Assembly (NCBI GenBank): GCA_038240075.1
Contig: JBBSEC010000004.1
Span: forward strand, 9,674-73,673
DNA: 64,000 nucleotides
Source of the DNA: Acidimicrobiia bacterium
GTDB lineage: Bacteria > Actinomycetota > Acidimicrobiia > IMCC26256 > PALSA-610
Reading direction: 5' to 3'
Part shown: positions 1 through 8,239 of the stretch, piece by piece
Layout of the letters: each line of letters begins with the position of its first letter
Numbering within the stretch: position 1 is the first letter of the stretch
Notes under the pieces: model-generated
What the model saw: the letters and a program-made list of their open reading frames with translations, nothing else
The model's database searches: none
Told to the model about the DNA's origin: nothing
Position numbers and translations under genes: made by a program

Positions 1-881
1 TGTCGCAGCCGCGCGAGCTCCTCGGCGCTCACCGTCGCGCACCGGTACATCGTCGGAACGTCGTCCCGGTCGAGCCGGATCAGCTGCCCGCACGCCTCGA
101 GCCGGCGGAAGAGATCGTCGACCGATTCGGCTTCGGCCGCAGCCTCCAGGTACAGACTCACTCCTTCCATCAGCGCGGCGACGAGCGTGAGTGGCTGCTG
201 GAACGCGCGGTCGAGGAGCCAGGCGTCACGCGGACGAATCCATCGGATCGCATCCGCCGGCACACCGTTGTCGAGGAGCCAGATGCACGCGTCCATCGCG
301 GTCTTGCCGGCACCGACGACCGTGTATCCGTCGGCCGGCTCCGGCAGATCGACGAGACCGTTCACCGGGATGAACCACGCGTCGGGGTCGACCGCGAACG
401 ACGGCGTGTGCGTCGACGGCACCGGAGTTTCGAGATAGGTCGCGTCGACGACCCTGCGCCGCACCCGGACCGTTGTCGATTCACCGGTGAGGCGGGAGAC
501 GAACCGGCGCTCGTCCACACCGTCGCCGACGGAGTCACACATCCCGAAGAAGCGGACGCGGCCCGATGCCAGGAGCTGCTCGTCGAGCACGCGCTGGAAG
601 TAGCCACAGATCTCGGCCGCGGTCGCGCGCTCGTAGAGGCCGGCGTTCGGACCGGTCTCGTCGATCGCATCGTGGCCGAGGACGCGTGAGTTGACGCCGT
701 AGAACGCCGACGGTTGGTGGAGGCGGACGAACGGATACGCGTCGTTCCAGTGCCCGCCGGGACTGTGACGTCGGTCGACCATCACGACGTCGGCGTCCGA
801 GTCGGCAATCAGTGCGTCGGTGAACGCCATCCCCGCCGCGCCGGCGCCGACGACCAGGTAGTCGGTCTCGATCTCCGTCAC
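1..881 (-). CDS. FAD/NAD(P)-binding oxidoreductase (flavin monooxygenase-like); 3' end lies beyond window start
   Basis: Own minus-strand translation from GTG at 879-881: VTEIETDYLVVGAGAAGMAFTDALI (GxGxxG). A second dinucleotide motif YTVVGAGKTAMD lies at ~300-340 in the same frame. Absent from the ORF track because there is no in-window stop. Starts 3 nt after the stop of the upstream GH4 gene. Confidence 0.6.
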   Translation of the reverse strand, partial: MTEIETDYLVVGAGAAGMAFTDALIADSDADVVMVDRRHSPGGHWNDAYPFVRLHQPSAFYGVNSRVLGHDAIDETGPNAGLYERATAAEICGYFQRVLDEQLLASGRVRFFGMCDSVGDGVDERRFVSRLTGESTTVRVRRRVVDATYLETPVPSTHTPSFAVDPDAWFIPVNGLVDLPEPADGYTVVGAGKTAMDACIWLLDNGVPADAIRWIRPRDAWLLDRAFQQPLTLVAALMEGVSLYLEAAAEAESVDDLFRRLEACGQLIRLDRDDVPTMYRCATVSAEELARLR

Positions 882-884
882 GGG

Positions 885-2165
885 TCAGCTCAGCGCCGGC
901 CAGAGATCGCGGTGCGCGACCTCGAAGTCGGCGAGGATCTGCTCGGCGACGCGCGACGAGCTCACGACCGGGTCGAGCTCGAGGGCCTGGAGCGCGGCAT
1001 CGCGCGAGCCGAGGATCGCGGCGTCGCCGACGAGCTGCTGAATCGTCACTTCGGTGTGCAGGGCACCGGCGATCGCCGTGGGTACGTCGTCACTGCGATC
1101 TCCGACCAGGCCGTTGGCCGTGGCGGTCGCGCTCACCTCGACCGCGCAATCGCGCGGGAGTGCCGGCACGAGATCGTCGTTGGGCAGGATCGCCGACGCG
1201 ATGCGCTCGGGCTCGCCCGAGATCGCGGCGCGCAGGATCGGACGCAGCGCATCGTCGGTCACCCACTGCAGGAACGGCTCCAGATCGAACGAACCGGCGA
1301 TGATCGCGTCGATGACCTCGGAGATCATCGATCGCATCTTGTGCTGCCGTGCCGCGATGTCGAGCGGCTCCGCGAACTCGGTCGCACTCCGGAAGTACTC
1401 ACCGGCGTGGCTGTCGCTCGTGGCGACGATCGCACCGAAACGGTCGTGCAGGTGCTTCACGAACGCGAACGTCTCACCGTCGCCGTCGGCGAGGCGGTCG
1501 ACGGCATCGTGCAGCGGCTGCGTAAGGTCTTCGCGCGTCTCCCGGTCCCAGGCTTCGAGCAGGAACGTGAAGTGGTTGAGACCGGCGGCGCGCGTCTCGA
1601 TCCGGCGGCCGAGCAATCGCGAGAAGCGACCGTTGGCGATGTTCACCTCGTGGCACAACCCGATCACCGGCTGGTCGACATGACGACGGAAGGCGGTGCA
1701 GATCCGGCCCTCGGGATTGGTGAAGTTCACCAGCAGCGCGTCGGGCGCGAGGCGTTCGACGTCGTGTGCGATCGACGCGACGAGCGGGATCGTGCGCAAC
1801 GCGTGCGCGAGGCCGCCCGGCCCTCCGTTCTCGCCGTAGAGATGGTCGACACCGTGCCGCCGGGGGATGTCGAAGTCGAGGAGCCAACGATTGAGGCGAT
1901 CGACCTCGACCGACACGACGACCGCATCGGCGCCCGGCATCGCGTCGGCGCCGTCGCGGAAGCGTTCGATCGTGATGCCGCGCGAGGTTGCCGCCTCGAG
2001 CGCGGACGCGACCTGCGACATCCGTTCCAACGGCGCCGGCTCGAGGTCGACGAGACGCACGGTCGCGCCCGTGAACACCGGATCGGCGTAGAGATCGTGC
2101 AGGGTCGTGAGACCGAACGACGCGCTGCCGGCACCGATGAGGACGATCGTGGGTGCCTCGCGCAC
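885..2165 (-). CDS. Glycoside hydrolase family 4 (NAD/metal-dependent glycosidase)
   Basis: Last 427 codons of ORF 885..2900. GTG start chosen at VREAPTIVLIGAGSASFG (N-terminal Rossmann motif typical of GH4). VIGLCHEV Cys-His motif present. The upstream 245 codons of the track ORF are Arg/Gly-rich shadow. Confidence 0.8.
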   Translation of the reverse strand: MREAPTIVLIGAGSASFGLTTLHDLYADPVFTGATVRLVDLEPAPLERMSQVASALEAATSRGITIERFRDGADAMPGADAVVVSVEVDRLNRWLLDFDIPRRHGVDHLYGENGGPGGLAHALRTIPLVASIAHDVERLAPDALLVNFTNPEGRICTAFRRHVDQPVIGLCHEVNIANGRFSRLLGRRIETRAAGLNHFTFLLEAWDRETREDLTQPLHDAVDRLADGDGETFAFVKHLHDRFGAIVATSDSHAGEYFRSATEFAEPLDIAARQHKMRSMISEVIDAIIAGSFDLEPFLQWVTDDALRPILRAAISGEPERIASAILPNDDLVPALPRDCAVEVSATATANGLVGDRSDDVPTAIAGALHTEVTIQQLVGDAAILGSRDAALQALELDPVVSSSRVAEQILADFEVAHRDLWPALS

Positions 2166-2189
2166 GCAGTGAACAGTAGCTTCACTCTC

Positions 2190-3221
2190 GTGAAGGCATG
2201 GAGAGTGCACCAGTACGGCTCGCCCCGCGAGGTCTTGCAACTCGACGACGTCGACGCGCCCGAACCCGGTCCCGGAGAGCTGAAGATCCGCGTGACATCG
2301 GTGACGCTGAACTTCAACGACCTCGACGGCATCCACGGTCGCTACAAGACCGTGCCGCGCCCGGTTCCGTACATCCCGGGCATGGAAGTGCTCGGTGTCG
2401 TCGAAGCGTGCGATCCGACGGTCGAGTCGTGGCTCGGCCGGCGCGTCGTCGCGATTCCCTCGGGCGCATTCGGCGGCTATGCCGAATGCGTCACTGCTCC
2501 CGCCGCGATGACCTTCGAGATGCCGCCCGACATGCCCGAGCCCGACGCGGCCGCGATCTTCATGCCGTTTCATCTCGCGTGGCTCGCGTTGTATCAGCGG
2601 GCCCGCCTCCTGCCGGGCGAGACGCTGCTCGTCCACGCCGGTGCCGGTGGTGCGGGCTCGGCCGCGATCCAGCTCGGTGTGCACGCGGGGGCGCGCGTCA
2701 TCGCGACGGCGGGATCGGCCGAGAAGACGAAGCTGTGCCTCGAGCTCGGTGCCGAGCTCGCGATCAACTACCGCGAGACCGATTTCGCCGAGGCCGTGCT
2801 CGACGCGACCGACGGCCGGGGTGTCGACGTCGCCTTCGACGCGGTGAGCGGCGACGTGACCCTGCAGACGTTCCGGTGCATGGCCTTCAACGGCCGTCAC
2901 ATCCTCGCGGGGTTCGCGTCCGGCATCGAGCTCGAAGACGAAGGCCTCGTTCCTCGGCCGGTGTTGTTCGGCAACTTCTCACTCGTCGGCGTGTGCCACG
3001 CGTACGTCGACGATCCCGTCGTGTTCAAGCGACTGAGCGGCTTCAACTTTCCTTCGCATCACGACGGCGAGCAGTTGCACTCGGAGTTGCTGGCCCTGTT
3101 CGCGGCGGGCACGCTCCGCGCCGTCGTCGGTCAGGAAGTGCCGTTCAGCGCGCTGCCTGCCGCGCTCGACGCGATGGAGCGACGGCAGACCGTCGGCCGC
3201 ACGGTGGTCCGCCTGCCGTAA
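2190..3221 (+). CDS. NADPH:quinone oxidoreductase / zinc-type alcohol dehydrogenase (MDR) family
   Basis: Tail of ORF 714..3221 from an in-frame GTG: VKAWRVHQYGSPREVLQLDDV... Nucleotide-binding LLVHAGAGGAGSAAIQL. Typical MDR length of 343 aa. Confidence 0.8.
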   Translation: MKAWRVHQYGSPREVLQLDDVDAPEPGPGELKIRVTSVTLNFNDLDGIHGRYKTVPRPVPYIPGMEVLGVVEACDPTVESWLGRRVVAIPSGAFGGYAECVTAPAAMTFEMPPDMPEPDAAAIFMPFHLAWLALYQRARLLPGETLLVHAGAGGAGSAAIQLGVHAGARVIATAGSAEKTKLCLELGAELAINYRETDFAEAVLDATDGRGVDVAFDAVSGDVTLQTFRCMAFNGRHILAGFASGIELEDEGLVPRPVLFGNFSLVGVCHAYVDDPVVFKRLSGFNFPSHHDGEQLHSELLALFAAGTLRAVVGQEVPFSALPAALDAMERRQTVGRTVVRLP

Positions 3222-3231
3222 GCCGACCGCG

Positions 3232-3675
3232 TTACTTCGGTGCCTTCACCGTGACGGAGCCGTGCATGATCGCGTAGCCGTGGATCGCGCAGTAGTAGTT
3301 GTACGTCCCCTTACCGTGGAAGGTGTGGGTGAACGTGCCGTTCGCCGCGACCATCGCGCTCGTGAACGTCGAATCGGTGCCCGTTCCCGGACCGACCCCA
3401 TTACACGCGGCCGGGGTGCACCGCGTGACCGTGTGCGGTGCGGCGGTCGAGTTCGTCCACGTGACGCTCGCGCCATCCACCACCGTCACCGTCGGGGGCT
3501 TGAAACAGAACAGAGTGCCGCCGCAGCCCGTGGAGGTGATCGCGACGCTTGTCGGACCTGCGGCCGAAGCCATTGACGTCGCCGCCACGATCGAGAGCGC
3601 CAACCCTGACAGCACCGCTGCCGCGCACTGAGCCAGTCTGCGCACACTGCCCCCCTTGAGTACACGCGTTCTCAC
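3232..3675 (-). CDS. Secreted cupredoxin/plastocyanin-like blue copper protein
   Basis: ORF 147 aa with a signal-peptide-like N-terminus (AAAVLSGLALSIVAATSMASA). C-terminal copper-ligand motif YYCAIHGYAIMHGSVTV plus an upstream His (APHTV). Confidence 0.75.
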   Translation of the reverse strand: MRTRVLKGGSVRRLAQCAAAVLSGLALSIVAATSMASAAGPTSVAITSTGCGGTLFCFKPPTVTVVDGASVTWTNSTAAPHTVTRCTPAACNGVGPGTGTDSTFTSAMVAANGTFTHTFHGKGTYNYYCAIHGYAIMHGSVTVKAPK

Positions 3676-3781
3676 ACTGAGTGAGCGCGTTCACAACGAC
3701 CGAATCCCTGACTGGGCGTACGGACGGCCGTCGCGATTCGTTCAATGTGCTCGCGGGGTGGCGCGTCGCGAGGTCCCCGAC

Positions 3782-4165
3782 CTATCTCGAGTCTTCGAGG
3801 GCGCGGACCAGGCCTTCGGGATCGGCGACGGTGACCGTCAGCGCCGAGTGTCCCGAGCGTCGCAGCGCGCTGCGGACCTTCTCGCGGAAGTGAACGCAGA
3901 CACCGGCCGCGGCGTTCGTGCCGAAGGTCAGCCCGTCGTCGGCGAACGACGTGCGTGCCCCGATGGCGGTCCACCACCGGTAGCCCGTCGTGATGTGGGC
4001 TCCGTCGATGTTGTCGAGTCGCGTGTCGAGCCGCAGCAGGCCGTACGTGGCGACGAATCGGCCGTCGTCGGTCAGCGTGACGCCGTCCTTTGACGGCCGA
4101 ACGCCGAACGGAACCCACAGCGGAGCGAACTTCCTGTCGACCTTGTACAGAAAGACGGCGTTCAC
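3782..4165 (-). CDS. Hypothetical protein
   Basis: ORF 3782..4339. The start is uncertain; a GTG at VNAVFLYKVDRKF was chosen so it does not overlap the divergent hydrolase gene. No recognisable motif. Confidence 0.4.
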   Translation of the reverse strand: MNAVFLYKVDRKFAPLWVPFGVRPSKDGVTLTDDGRFVATYGLLRLDTRLDNIDGAHITTGYRWWTAIGARTSFADDGLTFGTNAAAGVCVHFREKVRSALRRSGHSALTVTVADPEGLVRALEDSR

Positions 4166-4244
4166 GGTTCTCCCACGAAATGTCGCGTGGCCGACGCTAC
4201 CTTGGCGTAGCTCATCGAGGTCGGCGACAGGTCGGGGCGTGTTG

Positions 4245-5738
4245 ATGACGAATCTTCGTTCGCTCGTGATCGACTCCAGCCGACGGCACGGCCTGGGCGG
4301 CGTTGCGGTCGCGGTGGTGACGAAAGGTGAGCCGCCCACGATCGAATGCCTCGGGCTCGCGGATCACACCCGCAGCCGTCCCGTTGCCGAGAACACGGTG
4401 TTTCGCATCGCGTCGATCTCGAAGACGCTGACGGCGATCGGTTTGATGCAGCTGCGCGACGAGGGGTTGTTCCAACTCGACGACGCGGTGAACAACTCCG
4501 TGAAGGGGATGCGGATCGAGTCTCCACCCGGCGCGCCCGAGGTGACGTTCCGAGATCTGCTGACCCATACCGCCGGAATCGGCGAGGTACCGAGGCTCTC
4601 GGATCTGGTGCGCCGCGACGCTTGGGGAGGCGGACGGCCGGACGCGCCGCTCGTGGATCCGACCGAGTTGTACCGGGGCGTGTTGCGAACGGAAGTCGCG
4701 GCCGGCACCAAGTGGGCCTACGCGAACCACGGTTTCGTGGTCCTCGCGAAGTTGGTCGCCGACATCGGCGGCGGATCGTTCGCCGAGCACCTGCGCGAAC
4801 GCGTCCTGCAGCCGCTCGGCATGGCCGACACCGACTGCGTGCGGAGCGAGCGCGTCGCCGACGAGATGGCGACCGGCTACCACTGGGTCCTCGGGCGCTT
4901 CCGACCCGTGGGCGACTACGACCTCACGTTGCTCGGCGCCGGCTCCGTGCTGTCACCCCTGAGCGATATGGCGAAGTACGCCGCGTGGCTTCTCGCCGGC
5001 GGACCGGGTGTGCACGGCGACGTGCTCGCGCCCGAGACGCTGCACGAAATGATGTCGATGCAGTTCACCGTCGACCCCCGCATCGACACAGCCATGGGTC
5101 TGGCGTTCTTCCTCGACCGATTCGACACCCATCGCGTGTGCGGCCACGACGGAAACATGCCCGGCTTCGCTTCGTCGTTGTTGGTGGCGCCTGACGACGG
5201 AATCGGCGTCGTCGTCATGACCAACACCAGTTCGTTCCTCGGCGCGCACCGGCTCGCCGCGTCGGTGCTGAGGTCGCGGTTGGGAGTGCCCGACCCCGCA
5301 GGTCTGCTCCCGAGAAGCGACGTCGCCGCGTCCCCACACGTGTGGTCCGAGCTCACAGGCTGTTACGCACCGAAGCCCGGTTTCCTGACCAACGTTCGCA
5401 CCTGGCAGATGGCCGGTGGAGAGGTCGAGGTGTTCATCAGGAAGCGGCGCCTGTTCATACGCGCCCTTTCACCGGTTCCGCAGCTGCGACGCGGCGTGGA
5501 GCTCCACGCAACCGACGCCACCGACCCGCTGGTGTTTGCCTTCACCATCGAGGGCCTCGTCGTCCCCGTGTCGTTCGGCACCGACGAAACGGGGCGAATG
5601 GAGCGCTGCCACATCGGCGCGCCGGCGATGGCGACGTTGCACCGCCGCCCCGTCTGGAGGAGTTCTCGACGCCGCCTCGTCACCGTCGCGTCCGGCGGCC
5701 TCGCCGCCGCGGCGACGAAACGCGCCCGGCGGCACTGA
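4245..5738 (+). CDS. Serine hydrolase, beta-lactamase/transpeptidase-like family
   Basis: Tail of ORF 3990..5738 from an ATG (MTNLRSLV; alternative GTG/TTG 3-6 nt upstream). SxxK motif FRIASISKTLTA. About 497 aa with a C-terminal extra domain. Confidence 0.8.
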   Translation: MTNLRSLVIDSSRRHGLGGVAVAVVTKGEPPTIECLGLADHTRSRPVAENTVFRIASISKTLTAIGLMQLRDEGLFQLDDAVNNSVKGMRIESPPGAPEVTFRDLLTHTAGIGEVPRLSDLVRRDAWGGGRPDAPLVDPTELYRGVLRTEVAAGTKWAYANHGFVVLAKLVADIGGGSFAEHLRERVLQPLGMADTDCVRSERVADEMATGYHWVLGRFRPVGDYDLTLLGAGSVLSPLSDMAKYAAWLLAGGPGVHGDVLAPETLHEMMSMQFTVDPRIDTAMGLAFFLDRFDTHRVCGHDGNMPGFASSLLVAPDDGIGVVVMTNTSSFLGAHRLAASVLRSRLGVPDPAGLLPRSDVAASPHVWSELTGCYAPKPGFLTNVRTWQMAGGEVEVFIRKRRLFIRALSPVPQLRRGVELHATDATDPLVFAFTIEGLVVPVSFGTDETGRMERCHIGAPAMATLHRRPVWRSSRRRLVTVASGGLAAAATKRARRH

Positions 5739-5772
5739 CCCCGTCGTCGGGTCCACGGGGCGGGCGTGGGGT

Positions 5773-5803
5773 GGCGGCCTCCCCACGGGCCGGGAAGGCC
5801 GCC
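5773..5803 (+). terminator. Candidate stem-loop downstream of serine hydrolase gene
   Basis: GGCGGCCT (5773-5780) pairs with AGGCCGCC (5796-5803) across a 15-nt loop, 35 nt after the stop. No strong U-tract. Confidence 0.3.
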
Positions 5804-5867
5804 TCCTTGCCGCCGGCCGTTCGTGGGCGCGGACTACGAGGGCTGAACAACACGGCGGGGGGATCTC

Positions 5868-7301
5868 ATGTTCGGTGCTGCTTCCGTTTCCAGAAGGCAC
5901 GGCCGCAGCGCGGCCGCCAAGCTGACCTACTTCGCGGTCGCGCTCGTCACGTTCGCGACCACCACGGCGACCGCGTCGGCGACGACCGCACGGCCGGCCG
6001 TGCGGCCCACGGCAAGGCGACCCGCGGTGCCTCAGCTCGATTGGGCCGATTGCGGTGACGGCTTCGACTGCGCGACCGCGACGCTGCCACTCGACTACGA
6101 CCAGCCGCAGGGTGCGACGATCAAGCTCAAGCTGATCCGTCTGCCCGCCTCCGACCCGTCGCGACGCATCGGCTCGGTGTTCCTGAATCCGGGTGGGCCT
6201 GGCGGTTCGGGCGTCGACATGGTGCGCCAAGTGGGCAAGCTCTTGTACTCCGACGAGGTACGCGCCCGATTCGACCTCGTCGGCTTCGATCCCCGCGGCA
6301 TCCGGCGCAGCACACCCCTGCACTGCTTCGACAGCCTCGACGAGGCACTCGGCGTGCTCACGCCCTACGCGTTCCCGTTCACGCGCCCTGAAGATCGCGC
6401 GTGGGAACACTCCGATCGCTTGCTCGCCGACGCGTGCAGCACGCACGCGGGACCCATCATCGACCACATGTCGACCGCGAACGTCGCGCGCGACCTGGAT
6501 CTCCTCCGCCAGGCCGTGGGCGACGCCCAGTTGACGTACGCCGGCTATTCGTACGGCTCGTACATCGGGAACACCTACGCGAACCTCTTTCCGGGCAAGG
6601 TTCGCGCGCTGATCGTCGATGGCGTGCTCGACCCGATCGCGTGGTCGACCGGCCGTGGCAACGACGCGCGCACCCTGCCGTTCTCGACGCGCATTGGCAG
6701 CGACGAGGGCGCCGCCGTGACGCTGCAGCAGTTCTTCGAGCTGTGCGATCGCGGCGGTAGGAGCTGCGCGTTCTCGGGCAACGCCGCCGGTCGCTATCGG
6801 AACCTCACTCGACGTCTGCTCGACAACCCGCTGGTGCTTCCCGACGGCACGGTGATCAGCTACGCCGACGTGGTCGGGTTCACGCTCAACTCGTTGTACG
6901 ACCCGCCGACGTGGCCGAAGCTGGCGAAGACGCTGGCCCAGGTGGAGGCCGCGCTCAGCGAACCGGCGGTCGCGGGAGACGATCTGCAAACCGAGCTCAC
7001 CGCGTACGACAACTATCCCAACTTCGTCGAGGGTGGGCCCGGCGTGGCCTGCTCCGACACCAACAATCCGTCGACCCCGGGCGCGTGGGCCACCGCGGCG
7101 GCCGCCGCCGACCGTGAGTTCGGTTACTTCGGTCGTCCGTGGACCTGGCTTTCGAGCGTGTGCGCGGTGTGGCCGGGCGCGGATCACGATCGCTACATGG
7201 GACCGTTCACGCACCGCACCGCGAATCCGGCACCATGTGCCAACCCGATGTCGTTCCCTTCCAGGGGCCGGCCACCGCCAACACGGCGCGAACCGCAGTG
7301 A
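5868..7301 (+). CDS. Secreted alpha/beta hydrolase, tripeptidyl aminopeptidase (Tap/SlpD, S33-like) family; C-terminus possibly disrupted
   Basis: ORF 477 aa with a signal-like N-terminus. Motifs FLNPGGPGGSG and nucleophile elbow GYSYGSY. The expected C-terminal Asp/His region appears scattered over other frames after ~7225 (see findings). Confidence 0.7.
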   Translation: MFGAASVSRRHGRSAAAKLTYFAVALVTFATTTATASATTARPAVRPTARRPAVPQLDWADCGDGFDCATATLPLDYDQPQGATIKLKLIRLPASDPSRRIGSVFLNPGGPGGSGVDMVRQVGKLLYSDEVRARFDLVGFDPRGIRRSTPLHCFDSLDEALGVLTPYAFPFTRPEDRAWEHSDRLLADACSTHAGPIIDHMSTANVARDLDLLRQAVGDAQLTYAGYSYGSYIGNTYANLFPGKVRALIVDGVLDPIAWSTGRGNDARTLPFSTRIGSDEGAAVTLQQFFELCDRGGRSCAFSGNAAGRYRNLTRRLLDNPLVLPDGTVISYADVVGFTLNSLYDPPTWPKLAKTLAQVEAALSEPAVAGDDLQTELTAYDNYPNFVEGGPGVACSDTNNPSTPGAWATAAAAADREFGYFGRPWTWLSSVCAVWPGADHDRYMGPFTHRTANPAPCANPMSFPSRGRPPPTRREPQ

Positions 7302-7508
7302 TCTCACCGAACATCATCCGCTGATGAGGTGCGGGGCTACCCGCAAGAATCATGACCCTCCCCGTCGTCTCGGCCCTGGCGTGCGTGGGTCACGACATCC
7401 ATCACCGATGCAGGGCCAGGCAGCGGTCCGCTTCGTCGATGACTCACTCGTCGCTTCCTTCTCCGTTTCCTACGAGCGCATCTCAAGGCCGACAGGGTCA
7501 ACGCGCGA

Positions 7509-7540
7509 AAGCGGGTGGGGCAGCGCTGCCCCACCCGCTT
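7509..7540. terminator. Perfect 32-nt palindrome between convergent genes (bidirectional terminator candidate)
   Basis: AAGCGGGTGGGGCAGC|GCTGCCCCACCCGCTT forms a 16-bp perfect stem. It lies between the Tap-like gene region and the stop of the 7563..8084 gene. Confidence 0.5.
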
Positions 7541-7562
7541 CGTCGTGCTGTGTGCTTGTCGT

Positions 7563-8084
7563 CTACCAGCCGCCCTGCTGTGAGTAGCAGTACTGCGAGT
7601 TGACACCGCTCGTCGCCCCGGCGTACGTGCTCGTGATCGAGTTGAGCAGGACGCCTTCGTAGTGCCAGACGTTGTAGCGGTCGCGGAAGGCGTAGTCGAC
7701 CCACACGCTGTACGCACCCGTGCCCATGGCGGGGATGTTCCACTGCGCAAGGTTCCAGCCGTTCGTGTACTGGTAGGCGCGACCGCCGATGTAGTTCTGC
7801 GGGTACGCCCATGCGCTCGGAGCAGACCAGCGGCGCTGCGCCCATGAGTAGAACGTGATGCGGAACGCGCTGGCGGTCGTGTTGGCGCCGAGCACGGACA
7901 TCTCGTCCATGTTGAAGTACGAACCGCTGCATCCGACCTGGAAGGCGATGCCCGAGCCGTAGCCGTTGATGACGCCGTTGCCGTTGGTGACGGCACCGGC
8001 GGGGCTGGCGGCGAGGCCGGCGACGAGTGTCCCGGCGAGGGCAACGGTGGCGACGGTGGCGCTGAGACGCTTGAACAGACGCAT
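7563..8084 (-). CDS. Small secreted protein of unknown function (aromatic-rich, two Cys)
   Basis: ORF 173 aa. Signal peptide MRLFKRLSATVATVALAGTLVAGLAASPAGA. The mature part is rich in Y/W/N/G with Cys at VGCSG and QYCYS. No family recognised. Confidence 0.6.
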   Translation of the reverse strand: MRLFKRLSATVATVALAGTLVAGLAASPAGAVTNGNGVINGYGSGIAFQVGCSGSYFNMDEMSVLGANTTASAFRITFYSWAQRRWSAPSAWAYPQNYIGGRAYQYTNGWNLAQWNIPAMGTGAYSVWVDYAFRDRYNVWHYEGVLLNSITSTYAGATSGVNSQYCYSQQGGW

Positions 8085-8147
8085 GTCGGGCTCCTTTCGT
8101 TCCGGCCGGTCGGTCCGGCTGGTAGAGCCACACTGCGCCTCGTCAGT

Positions 8148-8193
8148 TCAGAGCGACTTCAGCCCGCATCAAAGTCACATCGGCGCAGGTCAG
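8148..8193 (+). promoter_or_regulatory. Helically phased TCAG/TCRR repeats in divergent intergenic region (candidate SARP boxes)
   Basis: TCAG at 8148, TCAG at 8159, TCAA at 8169, TCGG at 8180 and TCAG at 8190, spaced 11/10/11/10 nt. The site lies between the secreted-protein gene and the SARP gene. Confidence 0.25.
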
Positions 8194-8239
8194 GGCCGGT
8201 AGCGGCCCAACGCAGTACCTTCCCGCCAAGGGAGGGCCT

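Noticed and set aside
714-2189. N-terminal ~490 codons of the 835-aa plus-strand ORF 714..3221
   Set aside because: Arg/Gly/Asp/His-rich shadow, antisense to the well-supported GH4 gene and the FAD oxidoreductase gene. Only the last 343 codons (from 2190) look like a real MDR oxidoreductase.
5469-7307. 612-aa minus-strand ORF
   Set aside because: It is antisense to the Tap-like hydrolase, which has a signal peptide and a GYSYG elbow. Composition is Arg-rich shadow. The same reasoning rejects 17343..18557, 17813..19240, 20726..22774, 21400..22965, 22968..25427, 25342..27147, 27630..29594, 29759..30928, 29836..31017 and similar long overlapping ORFs.
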